Source of the DNA: a virus
Lineage: Duplodnaviria; Heunggongvirae; Uroviricota; Caudoviricetes
Direction: 5' to 3' (one strand)
IMG/VR virus record: IMGVR_UViG_2861084961_000001
DNA length: 64,000 nucleotides
Below, in pieces: positions 42,368 through 52,784 of the stretch (positions are counted from its first letter, which is position 1; the number at the start of each line of letters is the position of its first letter). The notes under the pieces were generated by a model. It was not told the DNA's origin, did not search any database, and saw nothing but the letters and a program-made list of their open reading frames with translations. The position numbers were made by a program, and so were the translations under genes.

Positions 42368-43237
42368 ATGAACTTTACCAAACTGACTGACCACCTGAAA
42401 CTTGCCACCGATCGACTCATTGGATTTAAACCAGAACCATATGAGTTGCATGAAGGTCATGGTGTAGCTACTGAAAGTATTTACAAGATGGTCGATCAGT
42501 TTCATGAACTCTTCCAGCATCCGAGACGCGTTATGCCGACACCAGAGCTGCTTCGTCTCCGTGCAAGCCTGATTCATGAAGAAGCTGTAGTGGAAGGTAT
42601 TCCAGCCGCAATGAATGGGGATATTGAGCAACTGCTGGATGCAATGGCCGACTTTTTATACGTTGGTGTTGGTACGATGGTCGCCATCAAAGGTGGTATT
42701 TCTACCGGCATGACCTATTACACGCAGGAACAGAGCATTGATCGCTTTATGCAGACAATTTTTGTGCCTGGTAACACTGTTTTCGATGATATGGCAATGC
42801 CATTTCAGGAAGCTCGTGAGGCGTCATGTATGCTCGAAGAGCTGGCAGATAAACTTGAGAACAAGACTGTTAAGGATTCTGAGCTGATTCAGGAACTGCG
42901 CCGTGTCATGAACAAAATCTATGTGGCGTGCATGATGACCTATCGACTGGCTGATTTCCTCGGTATCAATGTCGTCGAGCTGGTTGGCGAAATTCATCGG
43001 TCCAACATGACAAAATTATGGCCTGCAGATGCCGAAGAGCGTCGCCATGCTGTGGCCAACTGCAAATACGACTCTTCTGACCTGGGATTTCGCCATGCTG
43101 ATGGCACCGATAAGATGATCGGTTTTCGAATTTCCGATGGAAAAATTCTGAAGTCTCCAACCTATAGTGATGTCGATTTATCCTCCTTTGTTGAGCAAGC
43201 TAAAGCCTCAGCAATGTACGGAATGATCAAAAAATAA
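42368..43237 (+). CDS. MazG-like all-alpha NTP pyrophosphohydrolase candidate (dCTPase/dUTPase-like)
   Basis: LIHEEAVVEGIPAAMNGDIEQLLDAMADFLYV resembles MazG EExxE...D motif; location inside nucleotide-metabolism block. Confidence 0.4.
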   Translation: MNFTKLTDHLKLATDRLIGFKPEPYELHEGHGVATESIYKMVDQFHELFQHPRRVMPTPELLRLRASLIHEEAVVEGIPAAMNGDIEQLLDAMADFLYVGVGTMVAIKGGISTGMTYYTQEQSIDRFMQTIFVPGNTVFDDMAMPFQEAREASCMLEELADKLENKTVKDSELIQELRRVMNKIYVACMMTYRLADFLGINVVELVGEIHRSNMTKLWPADAEERRHAVANCKYDSSDLGFRHADGTDKMIGFRISDGKILKSPTYSDVDLSSFVEQAKASAMYGMIKK

Positions 43238-43306
43238 TTGTAGGTAGTTATCTATCTATGTATATTGTGTCGGCGCGTTAAATTTCTGAAACAACTATCC
43301 GTTTTT

Positions 43307-43331
43307 GGTGGCCTATGGCCACCATTTTTTT
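43307..43331 (+). terminator. Terminator hairpin ggtggcctatggccacc + T7
   Basis: 7 bp GC stem, tat loop, tttttttt. Confidence 0.75.
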
Positions 43332-43408
43332 ATCTATCTGGTCTTGTTCTCTCAATAAATGTAAACTCACACGATGAATAAGTAATTACTTATCTCTGTG
43401 AGGTTTTT

Positions 43409-44511
43409 GTGTCACTCCTTTTGAATCGTGAGCATACGAACGGTCAGGTAACAAACGCATCGTATGCAAAAGTTATTGAGACGGTGCTTAAAGCGGCGTG
43501 CAGGCTGATGATCGCACAGGCACTGGTACTTTAAGCACCTGCTACGTTCCCTCTTACTACATGCTTACTGGTGGGACTGTGCCGCTTATTTCTGGAAAGG
43601 CGGTAAATCTTAAGCCACTACTTGTCGAACTTGAGTGGTATCTGAAAGGCACGGGTAACATCCAATTTCTCAAGGATAACGGCGTGAAGATTTGGGACGC
43701 ATGGGCCGATGAGAATGGTGATTTGGGGCCGGTTTACGGCAAGCAGTGGCGTCGCTGGGAAGATACCCGCATCGTGAGCCATAGTGAGTATCTGAGCAAG
43801 ATCGATACGTTCCGTGAACGCGGGTACAAAGTCGAGGGATACCTGGGTATCAGTGAAGATCGCGTAGTGCTGTCCCGTGAAATCGATCAGCTACAGCGTA
43901 TTGTCGATACACTGCGCACGAACCCTACCGATCGTCGCATCATGCTTAACGCATGGAACGTAGGCGAGCTTGAGGATATGAAACTGCCACCTTGCCACTT
44001 TGTCTTCTCTTTGTGGAGTCGTGAGCTTGATTTTGAAACCCGTTTAACGATGGCAACTGACATTGGTCTTCAACACAGTCGCCTCGGTTACGAGTCTATC
44101 TATACCAAGATGCTATACGATCTGGAGATGGTCGGCAGTGTTACTGAAACTGAACTGGATGAACTTGGAATCCCCAAACGCATCCTCAACTCCTGCCTCG
44201 TACAGCGTAGCGTAGACACTTTTGTTGGTATGCCATTCAATATTGCTGGTTATGGCATTCTCACTCATTTTCTCGCGAAGATTACGGGTCACATGGCCGG
44301 TGCCTTTGTGCATTTTGGCTTTGACGTGCATTTGTACAACAACCACATGGAAGGTGTGTGTGAGCTAATGAAACGACAGGCTCCAGAGCATTCAGATCCG
44401 GTCGTTATTTTCCCTCATGAATGGTCAGAGTTGGATGATTTCAAATGGGACGAGGTTCTAATTCTTGGCTATGCCCCTCTACCGTGGATCAAGGTTCCAG
44501 TGGCGGTGTGA
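43409..44511 (+). CDS. thyA: Thymidylate synthase (ThyA-type) with two internal insertions; N-terminal frame break at A-run 43490-43492, start uncertain
   Basis: DRTGTGTLS, WDAWADENGDLGPVYGKQWR, catalytic LPPCHF, PFNIAGY (Asn retained); adding one A at 43490-43492 joins VIETVLK to SGVQADDRTGTGT. Confidence 0.8.
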
Positions 44512-44512
44512 T

Positions 44513-44926
44513 ATGGCAAGAGGTATGTATGTCTTATGCGAAATTGAAGGTGTGCTGGCAAATACCAGCCATCGTAAATCTGTATCTGACGCGGATGCAG
44601 GCCAGCTCATTGCCGGTGATGAACTCATTTTCCCCACCAGCCGTATGTTGCGTGGTTTTGCTCGCTCAGGGGCTGAAGTGGTGCTTATCAGTAGCCGCTC
44701 TGAAACTCTTGAAGCGCCCACTAAACGATGGCTGAAAGATTTTGGTGTTGATTACGACTGGCTTCATCTCGTACCGAATGGCATCAGTTATGAGAAGCAT
44801 ATTAAGCGCACATTAGCGGAGCATAAAGGCGATCTGCTTATCGCTGCGCTGGTGCACGATCCTCGACTCCGTGCCGCTTTAGCTGACTCTCATCATAGAC
44901 CGGTCATCTATGAGGTGGGCAAATGA
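44513..44926 (+). CDS. HAD-like hydrolase fold protein (possible deoxyribonucleotidase) with E-for-D substitutions in motif I
   Basis: YVLCEIEGVLAN in place of canonical DxDGVL; VVLISSRSE motif II-like. Confidence 0.35.
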   Translation: MARGMYVLCEIEGVLANTSHRKSVSDADAGQLIAGDELIFPTSRMLRGFARSGAEVVLISSRSETLEAPTKRWLKDFGVDYDWLHLVPNGISYEKHIKRTLAEHKGDLLIAALVHDPRLRAALADSHHRPVIYEVGK

Positions 44927-45398
44927 AGATGATAGCTGCTGTTGGCCGTAACTATGAGATCGGCATAGCGAACGAACTGCCCTGGCGTTGTTCTACCGAT
45001 CTGAAGCTATTTAAGAGACTCACCAAAAACGCCACTGTCGTTATGGGCGTAAAACGATGGAAAGTCTCAAACGTCCTCTTCCAGAGCGTCATAACCTCGT
45101 TTTGACGCGCTCTCATGGCTTTGTACCAAATGGATTCTACCCTGCTGGTGTGGATGATGTGTTGCGATTACCAGAGCCTGTGTGGGTGATTGGCGGGGAA
45201 CAAATTTACTCGCTATTCATGCCGCATGTTGAAGAGATTTGGCTCTCCCACATCGGCGTTGATGTACCAAACGCTGATGCATTCTTCCCGGCAAGCATGA
45301 TGCGTAACTTAGGCTTTGTGCCTGTTGAAACAGCTTATACCCAACGAGCCAGCGAGGAAGAGCCTGGCTTTTCGCAGATCGTATACAGAAGGTCGTAA
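44923..45398 (+). CDS. folA: Dihydrofolate reductase, frame broken at A-run 45051-45054
   Basis: MIAAVGRNYEIGIANELPW and VMGVK...ESLKRPLPERHNLVLT, VWVIGGEQIY match DHFR; adding one A restores GVKTMESLKRPLPER. Confidence 0.8.
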
Positions 45399-46041
45399 TG
45401 GATTACCGGATTGGGATCACTGGTGCTCAGGGCAGTGGGAAAACAACCCTGGCTAAATATATCGACAAACATTACGGAATCCCTTACGTGGATGCTGGTG
45501 TCGGAAGTTTGATGAGCCGCCTCGGTGTTCGAGTAGGTGAGTCTATGCCTCTATATGAGCGGCTTCAGATTCAAATGGAAATAGCAAAGCATATAGAGCT
45601 ACTTACGCGTGGTGTTGAAGGCTTTGTTATCGATCGCACACCTGCTGATGTTATGGCCTACACGTTGGATTTGGTCGGTCATACCAATGAAGATCGGTGT
45701 ATTGAGTTAGCCCTCGATATCGAAAAGTTTTGCCACAAAACTGCTATTTCAAACTTTAACGCCATTGCTGGCCTACGCCCGGAGTCGCTCTCACAGAGCG
45801 AGATTACTTGCGATCACAACGAGCATCATTAGACCGTCTGTATGTTGCTCGTATTGATGCGTTGATGTGCGGGGAACTGACAAAAATTCACCTGCATCCG
45901 CAAAGGGGAGATCTGCAAACCTTCGTCGTTTCCAACCGATATCGCACGGTTGAAGCAAGAGCCAGATCAGTGATGAGAATGCTAGATAACGCTGTAGAAA
46001 AGATAGAAAACCGGTTCTGTGGCCGAGTGACCGTTCATTAG
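45398..46041 (+). CDS. P-loop kinase (dNMP kinase-like candidate), frame break near 45810
   Basis: Walker A GITGAQGSGKTTLA; two ORFs in -1 relation. Confidence 0.5.
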
Positions 46042-46102
46042 AAATTGTTCGCCTCTTCTACATTGCGACAATAAAACTCTCAAAATGGGTTAAGGATAAA
46101 AA

Positions 46103-46522
46103 ATGTTTAGTGAAATGTTGCTTGAAGATGAACTGGATCGGAAAACAACAGAGGCTTTGATTCGTGTAGCGGACGAACATTCCCGGTCGCTTATGACCGA
46201 TCGAGAGGCTCGTCTGGCTATTCGAGCCATATTCGAAACTGCGCAGGGGCTTGTTGGCGCACAAGTAGGTGAAGCCATTAACATCGCCATGTCTCAGTTC
46301 AGTGAAGGCAGTAAAAAGCCTCTGTTTCCTATGCATTTGATGCTGGCTGGTGGCACGGTGCTTTATATCTCTGTTTGTCTGGATAGCAACCAAATCAACA
46401 TTCTCAACACAGCATCAGGTAAGTGGAAAGATCCGATTGTCTGTGAAACCAGTGAAGAAACTTTGAAAAAAGCGGCTCAATTTGTACGTAGCGCACTACT
46501 TAAGGGCGCTAAGAAGTTGTAA
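46103..46522 (+). CDS. Hypothetical protein (139 aa)
   Basis: ORF with RBS-like AAGGATAAAAA upstream. Confidence 0.45.
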   Translation: MFSEMLLEDELDRKTTEALIRVADEHSRSLMTDREARLAIRAIFETAQGLVGAQVGEAINIAMSQFSEGSKKPLFPMHLMLAGGTVLYISVCLDSNQINILNTASGKWKDPIVCETSEETLKKAAQFVRSALLKGAKKL

Positions 46523-46531
46523 GGAGTTCTG

Positions 46532-47088
46532 ATGACAACGATTGTTGCAGGCATCGATATCGAGTCTACGGGACTGGATTTCCTTGCTGGTCATAAAATT
46601 ATTGAAATCGCAATTACCCGCTATGAACTGGAGACACAGAGACATATTGATAGTCTGGAGATGCGTTTTAACCCTCGCAGAAACATAGATCCGAAAGCTC
46701 AAGCCGTTCATGGCATTTCATTGGAACAGCTCGCAGCTGAACCTTTGTTGTCAAATCATGCCAGCGAAATTGGCGCTTATATGGGGGCATGTAGTGCGTG
46801 GATTGCTCATAACGGCGAAGCGTTTGATATACCATTTATTCGACACGAGTTTTCAGGGTATGGAGTAAGACTGCCAGACGTTCCTGTTATAGATACTATG
46901 TTATCGGGATTGTGGCCACAGAAGACGGTAAACGTCCCCGCCTTGAAGAGTTGGCCTTCTCTCTTGGCTTTATATACGATCATGCCAAAGCACATAGTGC
47001 CTTATATGACACAAACTTAATGATGCAATGCTTCTTTAAGGCACGTAATAAGTACGGATTTTTTAAATTACCCTCTGAAATTGTGTAA
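46532..47088 (+). CDS. DnaQ-like 3'-5' exonuclease (DEDDh), frame break near 46940-46960
   Basis: Exo I GIDIESTGLD, Exo II HNGEAFDIPFI, and Exo III HSALYDTNLM in the -1 frame downstream of a cccc run. Confidence 0.65.
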
Positions 47089-47248
47089 AGCAAAAGCCTA
47101 CTTTAAAGAGAGTTTAAAGTAGGCTTTCTTTTAAAGAACAGTCGCCTTTCAATCATTTCCTGCCTGTATTTAATACTTTTCCGCCTGATAGGTTTAGTCA
47201 AAATATAGCCATCGAAACGCAAATGTAACCAAACAGAAGGAGACTTAC

Positions 47249-48057
47249 ATGAGTTCGGTTGAAAATGTAATGACAAATGATGATCTGGACGAACTGACAG
47301 CTATGTTGCAATCACTTGATGAACCGGTAAAAAAAGCTGCACAGGTTGAGAATACTGATGATATTGACGATCTGCTTCTAGGCCTCGATGCTGGCGTAGC
47401 CATGAGTTCTGATGATGTTGCCGAAGAACTGTTCAATGAAGAAAAAGCAGGTGATTTTAGCTCCGCTTTAAATGAGTTGGAGTTAGCGCATGAGCCTATA
47501 AACGTAATTAACGCTGAAAGTGGTGAAGCTGCCGAAAATGAGCCAGAACAGTTGGGGATCATTGAGGTTGAAGAGTGTGTTGAGGTTAATGATGAATTAA
47601 AAGTTCAACAGTCAAATGATAGCAATACAAATAAAAAGCTCGTGCTGCAAGAGGTCCTCGTTTTACTTTAAGTGATAAAGATGATTCGTTTTTCAATAAA
47701 GCAGGCTTAGAAAAAGATATTTTCTTAGACGCTTATGAAAACGCGCCTGTCAAAGCGAAGGATAAGATATTAAACCTTCTTAATTGGTTTAGCGGAGGTC
47801 CAGATATTAGTGTTTACACGGTAATTTCCATGAGACACCTTCTCACAGAAAAGAAGGCTACAAGTAATAGTATTAAGATTGCTTTAATGAGCAATCCAGA
47901 AAAACCGTATCCGCTTAACACTGCGTCAACTCAGGCTGGGCAAATGATGGCTGTATTTCCAGCTACAGGAATTGCCGTTAGAGACGGTGGAAATCTAACA
48001 TTGAACGAAGAATCACCGATCGTTAAGAAGTTTGTCGCGGAGTACACTATTGGATGA
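47249..48057 (+). CDS. Highly acidic N-terminal protein (DNA-mimic-like anti-restriction candidate), frame break near 47650
   Basis: N-terminal 130 aa rich in D/E; C-terminal part continues in -1 frame; sits immediately upstream of orphan methyltransferase. Confidence 0.4.
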
Positions 48058-48227
48058 CGTTCCCCTACTGAAAATAAAGCCCATAGAGAGCTTTATAGTG
48101 CTGGGTAAGCTAACCCATACCCAGCACCACAAAAACGCGCCAGAGAGCTTCTTGTTCGCATTTCTGGCGCGTTTTATTTGATTGCCATACATAAAATCAA
48201 ATGCAAAAATAGGTAATCACTTACCTA

Positions 48228-48833
48228 TTGAGAAAGAAGATGATTGCAGCCGAAAAAATCAAACAGCGAAAGCGCGACAACTCTCTTCGTGACCTCTGGA
48301 GAACACCTGATTGGCTGTTTTCTGCCATTCAACGTTATCTTGGGGTGACATTTGATGTTGACGTTGCCTGCAACAAGGACAATGCAAAGCTGCCTAATTT
48401 CATAGGCGTTGAGCGTGATGCTTTGAAATCTGAATGGGGACAGCCAGGTACAATTGCCTTCCTCAATCCACCCTACTCCAAAATCTCCCCCTGGATTGAT
48501 GCTGCTATACGTGAGCAGGCTCGCGGAGTTACAACAGTGATGCTAATTCCTCAATCCCTCGATACAAAGTGGTATGAGCGTGCAACAGAGTATGCGAATG
48601 AGACGATTATTCTGTCTGGTGGCCGCGTAGCGTTTGTCGAGCCTGACGTCAATTTGGGTCAGGTAGAAGTAAACATCAACCCCGGTGGCAGTATGCTCGT
48701 TGTTTTTCGAGGATTCTGTCAGGACGCTGGGCACTCTATAAGCAAGATCCCTTTGGACGTAATGAAAAGTCTGGGAGGGTATGATCCTGCGAATGTGGTC
48801 AGGAAAAAAAGACCATCAAAGAAGGCTGCTTAG
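48228..48833 (+). CDS. Phage-type DNA N6-adenine methyltransferase (orphan)
   Basis: Catalytic motif FLNPPYS; ~200 aa; no adjacent restriction endonuclease. Confidence 0.7.
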   Translation: MRKKMIAAEKIKQRKRDNSLRDLWRTPDWLFSAIQRYLGVTFDVDVACNKDNAKLPNFIGVERDALKSEWGQPGTIAFLNPPYSKISPWIDAAIREQARGVTTVMLIPQSLDTKWYERATEYANETIILSGGRVAFVEPDVNLGQVEVNINPGGSMLVVFRGFCQDAGHSISKIPLDVMKSLGGYDPANVVRKKRPSKKAA

Positions 48834-48858
48834 TTTGTTCTGGCGAGTGTAATTAACC

Positions 48859-48912
48859 TGCTTCTGTATATAAATAACTACATATTAATTATTAATATAC
48901 GGAAGCAGGCTG
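48859..48912. repeat. Large hairpin cctgcttctgtatat...atatacggaagcagg, second copy of element at 2249..2306
   Basis: Near-identical stems in both copies. Confidence 0.6.
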
Positions 48913-49018
48913 TTTTGTATCAGAGACTCCCAGACCTGAACACCACTACAGAATCCACTAGAACCCCTTCTCAGACGCTTTAAAATCGATTTTATGAACC
49001 ACTTTAAGGAAAACTAAC

Positions 49019-49249
49019 ATGTCATACCCGACCAATGTTGTTGCGCTCGTAGAGAGCGATTTTCTGGCTAAGGCTCGTGAAATGATGAAAGATCGCGAGC
49101 AGGCTTTCAACTTGTACGAATGGGCAATTAAGTGCTTGCATCTTGGGGAGCATCGCGAACTTGTTGAACAGCTTTTAGGTGAGTTGATCAACGAGGTGTT
49201 TGCCTTGAATGTTCAACTACATGGTCGAGAAAATAACCAATCGAAATGA
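49019..49249 (+). CDS. Hypothetical protein (76 aa)
   Basis: ORF with RBS AAGGAAAACTAACATG. Confidence 0.4.
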   Translation: MSYPTNVVALVESDFLAKAREMMKDREQAFNLYEWAIKCLHLGEHRELVEQLLGELINEVFALNVQLHGRENNQSK

Positions 49250-49830
49250 TAGATAAGTACAAACTATTCATAAGATGGATTGTAAGTGCTAAGATCTGAT
49301 AGTTTCCAGTCGTAGACTGGAGACTCGACCTGATGGGTGGGGGTAAGCGTCACTGGCGTCAGGTTTAAAAAAGCTCACTACCAGCGTAGAACCGGTGCCG
49401 TTTAGGTGTCGGGGAAGGGGGAACCAAAGTGAGCGGAGACAAGGGTCACTTTATGATTGTCGAGTCTGGGATGTTTCGAGAGGTTGAATCCAGTACTCCC
49501 CTTCATAAAGTGTGGGAAGATCTCGGTTCTGGGGTGCTGTCATCCATAACTTCCCAAGTCTAAGCTGGCAGTAGACTTAGACCATAGCTTTTCAGGTTAT
49601 GAAACGACCAGGTTGGTGAGGAATTTTATACTCACCTCCCTGGGAGAGTATTACCTGAAAAGACAACCTCTCACTTCGTTCGAGGTGAACTTCACTCACT
49701 TCGTTCGTTCAGTTCAGGTTTATAAAAACCTGTACTGGGAAGTAATTTGTTTATTTTAATAATTATTACACGCACGCGTGTGCGCACGCGCGAGGAAAAA
49801 ATCGGCGCGGCGCTTGATTCAGGAGTTTAT

Positions 49831-50421
49831 ATGACGTCGAAGACACCAGCCCGGTCGCAAGCAAAAACTCGCAAAAAAGACAAAAACAAAAATTCTCCCC
49901 GCACCAATCCCACAACGCCTGTCGTAGAGTTCAATCCCCAGCTTAAAACCGTGAAAATCTTCAGTGATGGCTCTTGCCTTAAAAATCCGGGTGGCCCGGG
50001 CGGTTACGGTATAGTTCTCCAGTATCGTGGTGAGGAACGCGAGTTCTCAGATGGTTTTCATAGCACCACCAATAACCGCATGGAGATGATGGGGGCACTT
50101 ATCGGGCTGGAGCGTTTGAAATATCCATGCAACGTTATTTTGCACTCTGATAGCCAGTATCTGAAAAACGGCATGACACAGTGGATGAAATGGTGGAAAC
50201 GCAATGGATGGATGACTTCTGACAAAAAACCGGTAAAGAATGTTGATCTGTGGAAGCGTCTGGATGAGGCCGCAAGTCGACATAATGTTCGCTGGAAGTG
50301 GGTTAAAGGTCACGCCGGGCATCGTGAAAATGAAATATGTGATCGACTCGCGAAGATCGCAGCTTTTTCCGCAGCAGATATGCCTCACAAGAAAGATATT
50401 GGTTTTGTTTATAACAAGTAG
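49831..50421 (+). CDS. rnhA: Ribonuclease HI with short basic N-terminal extension
   Basis: [62 protein letters not shown] closely match E. coli RNase HI; start at ATG 49831 rather than ORF start 49747. Confidence 0.85.
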   Translation: MTSKTPARSQAKTRKKDKNKNSPRTNPTTPVVEFNPQLKTVKIFSDGSCLKNPGGPGGYGIVLQYRGEEREFSDGFHSTTNNRMEMMGALIGLERLKYPCNVILHSDSQYLKNGMTQWMKWWKRNGWMTSDKKPVKNVDLWKRLDEAASRHNVRWKWVKGHAGHRENEICDRLAKIAAFSAADMPHKKDIGFVYNK

Positions 50422-50569
50422 TAAGTAAGTGTTTACCTATCATTTTAAATCATGTATCTTATCGGCGTCAGGATGACAATGTGTCGGTAAGACACAGTTC
50501 CAGGATGGAACGAGAAAGGCGGCTGGCAATCGCCAGCCGCAACTCTTTCTGACACTGGATGGAGTCCAC

Positions 50570-51064
50570 ATGGCACGTCAAACCTATTTCACTTCTGCAA
50601 CTAAACGTCCTCGTTCTTTACGTCAAATTTTGGCCGAATTATTTAGCGGTCGTGTTATGTCACGTCTTGATGAACTAGAGACTACCGTTCGGTTGCTGAA
50701 TGAACGTTTAGATAATCAAGCGTCAGTTGTTGCGAACGTGGGGGCGATTGTTGCCTCTGGTTCTTCACGCGAAGCGAAAAGTACACGGCCTTTAGTGAAG
50801 GAGAAAAACAACAAGGACAGTTCGAATGGAAAATTTTCAAAGAAAGAGGCTGAAACCAATGGCCTACGTTCTCATTATAGTTTCACTGGCGACGGTAGCC
50901 GTTCCAGCCGGCCAGAGCCTTTTGATGCCGGATTCATCCATCACCACACCTTCGTCGACGACAATTACCACCACTCCAGTGGAGCGTCCTGTCACTCTGG
51001 ATGGGATGGCGGTGGATGCGATACCTCAAGTTCATCCAGTTACTCAGGATCATGCTGTGACTAA
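50570..51064 (+). CDS. Hypothetical Ser/His/Cys-rich protein (164 aa)
   Basis: ORF. Confidence 0.4.
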   Translation: MARQTYFTSATKRPRSLRQILAELFSGRVMSRLDELETTVRLLNERLDNQASVVANVGAIVASGSSREAKSTRPLVKEKNNKDSSNGKFSKKEAETNGLRSHYSFTGDGSRSSRPEPFDAGFIHHHTFVDDNYHHSSGASCHSGWDGGGCDTSSSSSYSGSCCD

Positions 51065-51073
51065 GGCGGTTGT

Positions 51074-51262
51074 ATGAACTGGTTTTCAAATCACTTTGGA
51101 AAAATTTGGCTGGCAATTCTTGCCCTCATGGCCGCCGGTTGGGTATCGAACATTATAAAACTTGTTTGCTCTGGCGATCTCCAGTTTCAGGCTGGCATGA
51201 CCTTGGCTCGTGTAGTTGGGATTTTTGTTTTTCCAGTTGGTTCGGTACTTGGTTATTTCTGA
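51074..51262 (+). CDS. Small membrane protein (62 aa)
   Basis: Two hydrophobic segments. Confidence 0.35.
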   Translation: MNWFSNHFGKIWLAILALMAAGWVSNIIKLVCSGDLQFQAGMTLARVVGIFVFPVGSVLGYF

Positions 51263-51355
51263 CGGCTGTTAGTGCATATGCATTGACCATCTCTGCGTAA
51301 GCAATTTATGTAATTAGAAAACAACTTGTTTTGACAAATAATAAAAGGAAAACAC

Positions 51356-51780
51356 ATGTTAGGTTTCTTCAAAAAGAAAACTCGTAAAGCTGTTATCGAA
51401 GTCAAAAAATGGAGAACCGTGATGCGGTTGAGGCCACCGTGTGGGGCGCGTACATGATCTCCTATGCCGACGGCACATGTGACGCAAAAGAAATTGCCAT
51501 TCTTGAGAAGACAATTGCAGCTCTGCCTGCGTTTTCTCCGTTTGCTGGTGAAATTGCCCAAATGAGCGCCAATATCCGTGCTCGTTACGAAGCGTCCCCT
51601 CGTTCTGCTAATGCACAGGCTATTCGTGAGCTGTCTGATATTGCGGGTACTCCAGAGGCGGTCGATGTTCTGTGTCTGTGCCTTGATATTGCCGATCAGG
51701 ACGGCATTGGTGAACAAGAAGAGCAGGCACTGAAAAAGATCGCCCAGGCGCTTCAGTTGTCACTGGATGCTTATCTCTAA
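51356..51780 (+). CDS. TerB-like domain protein, frame broken at A-run 51404-51409
   Basis: ATVWGAYMISYADGTCDAKEIAILEK...DQDGIGEQEEQALKKIAQAL resembles TerB; ATG 51356 follows conserved AAAAGGAAAACACATG. Confidence 0.5.
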
Positions 51781-52076
51781 TGCTTGAGAGATTCCGGCTT
51801 GTGATCGTCATTGCTCTTCTGGTGATGGCGGTGTTGGTGGATTTACGGGAAAGATGATGTCTGTCATTTCTGATGGCGTCCTCATTGGTTTGGCGATCTA
51901 CTTCGCTTATCCGTTAGTTCGTAAAGCAAAGTGTTAATGACAAGGGCCAAATGGCCCTTGTGTTTCGTTGACCGAAATAGAGAGTTTGCACCTTTACGTT
52001 TAGCTTGCTCCCCTTTTATGCCACATCACAATAAAGCCAATAAGAAAACAACTTGTTTAAGCATTAGGAAAAACAC

Positions 52077-52643
52077 ATGTGCAAGAAATGCAAAGCGATA
52101 GCTGATGAACAAAACGCCTTATTCGAAGAAATGGATGCTAATGAACTGGTCAAAATGTTAGCCATTCTTCGAGGAATAGAAGACGTTTCCATATTTGAGA
52201 GAGTGGTTACAGCACTTAATTTTGAGTCCACCTTTGAAGAGCCAACTCAGGTTGTAGCTTTAGCACATCATTTCGGTGTTCATTATCTTGCTGAAAAAGA
52301 GAGAGCTGATAAGTTGCAAGCGACTTTGGATATGGTGAGCGAGACTCAAGGAACTCATGACGGTAACAAAAGTGAGACGATTATTGCCAGCAAAGATCGT
52401 GAAATTGCCGGGCTTAAATCCTCTCTAACGATGTTGATGTCTGCAATTAACCTTATGTCTTCTAAAGCAGGTTATAAAATGCCATCACTAAACAGCGACG
52501 ATCCGATGGCCGTTCGCCAGCTTTTAGGTGCAATGGCCGACCAGCTCGACGACACAAAGAGTCGCCTTGAAGACATGATGCGGGAGCTCACGCATCGCCA
52601 TGACTTGAATAAGCAGCCACACAAAACGCAATACGCACTCTAA
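52077..52643 (+). CDS. Hypothetical coiled-coil protein (188 aa)
   Basis: Conserved start context. Confidence 0.45.
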   Translation: MCKKCKAIADEQNALFEEMDANELVKMLAILRGIEDVSIFERVVTALNFESTFEEPTQVVALAHHFGVHYLAEKERADKLQATLDMVSETQGTHDGNKSETIIASKDREIAGLKSSLTMLMSAINLMSSKAGYKMPSLNSDDPMAVRQLLGAMADQLDDTKSRLEDMMRELTHRHDLNKQPHKTQYAL

Positions 52644-52784
52644 TACTGCACCAGTCGACAGGGGGCGAAAGCCCCCATTTTTACGCCTTAAATCTGCTGT
52701 AACGCCTATGAATGCAGCTTTTATGCCTTTTCAAGTTTGCGATAATTACACCAATAAGAAAACAAATTATTTAATGGTGTAATT

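Noticed and set aside
44000-44160. About 50 aa insertion in ThyA considered as a group I intron or intein
   Set aside because: The insertion is in frame with no stop, only about 150 nt (too short for a group I intron or an intein) and is better explained as a lineage-specific loop insertion.
49747-49830. Longer RNase HI ORF start at 49747
   Set aside because: The extension runs through the alternating purine-pyrimidine tract and encodes an implausible peptide ([16 protein letters not shown]); ATG 49831 gives a normal N-terminus.
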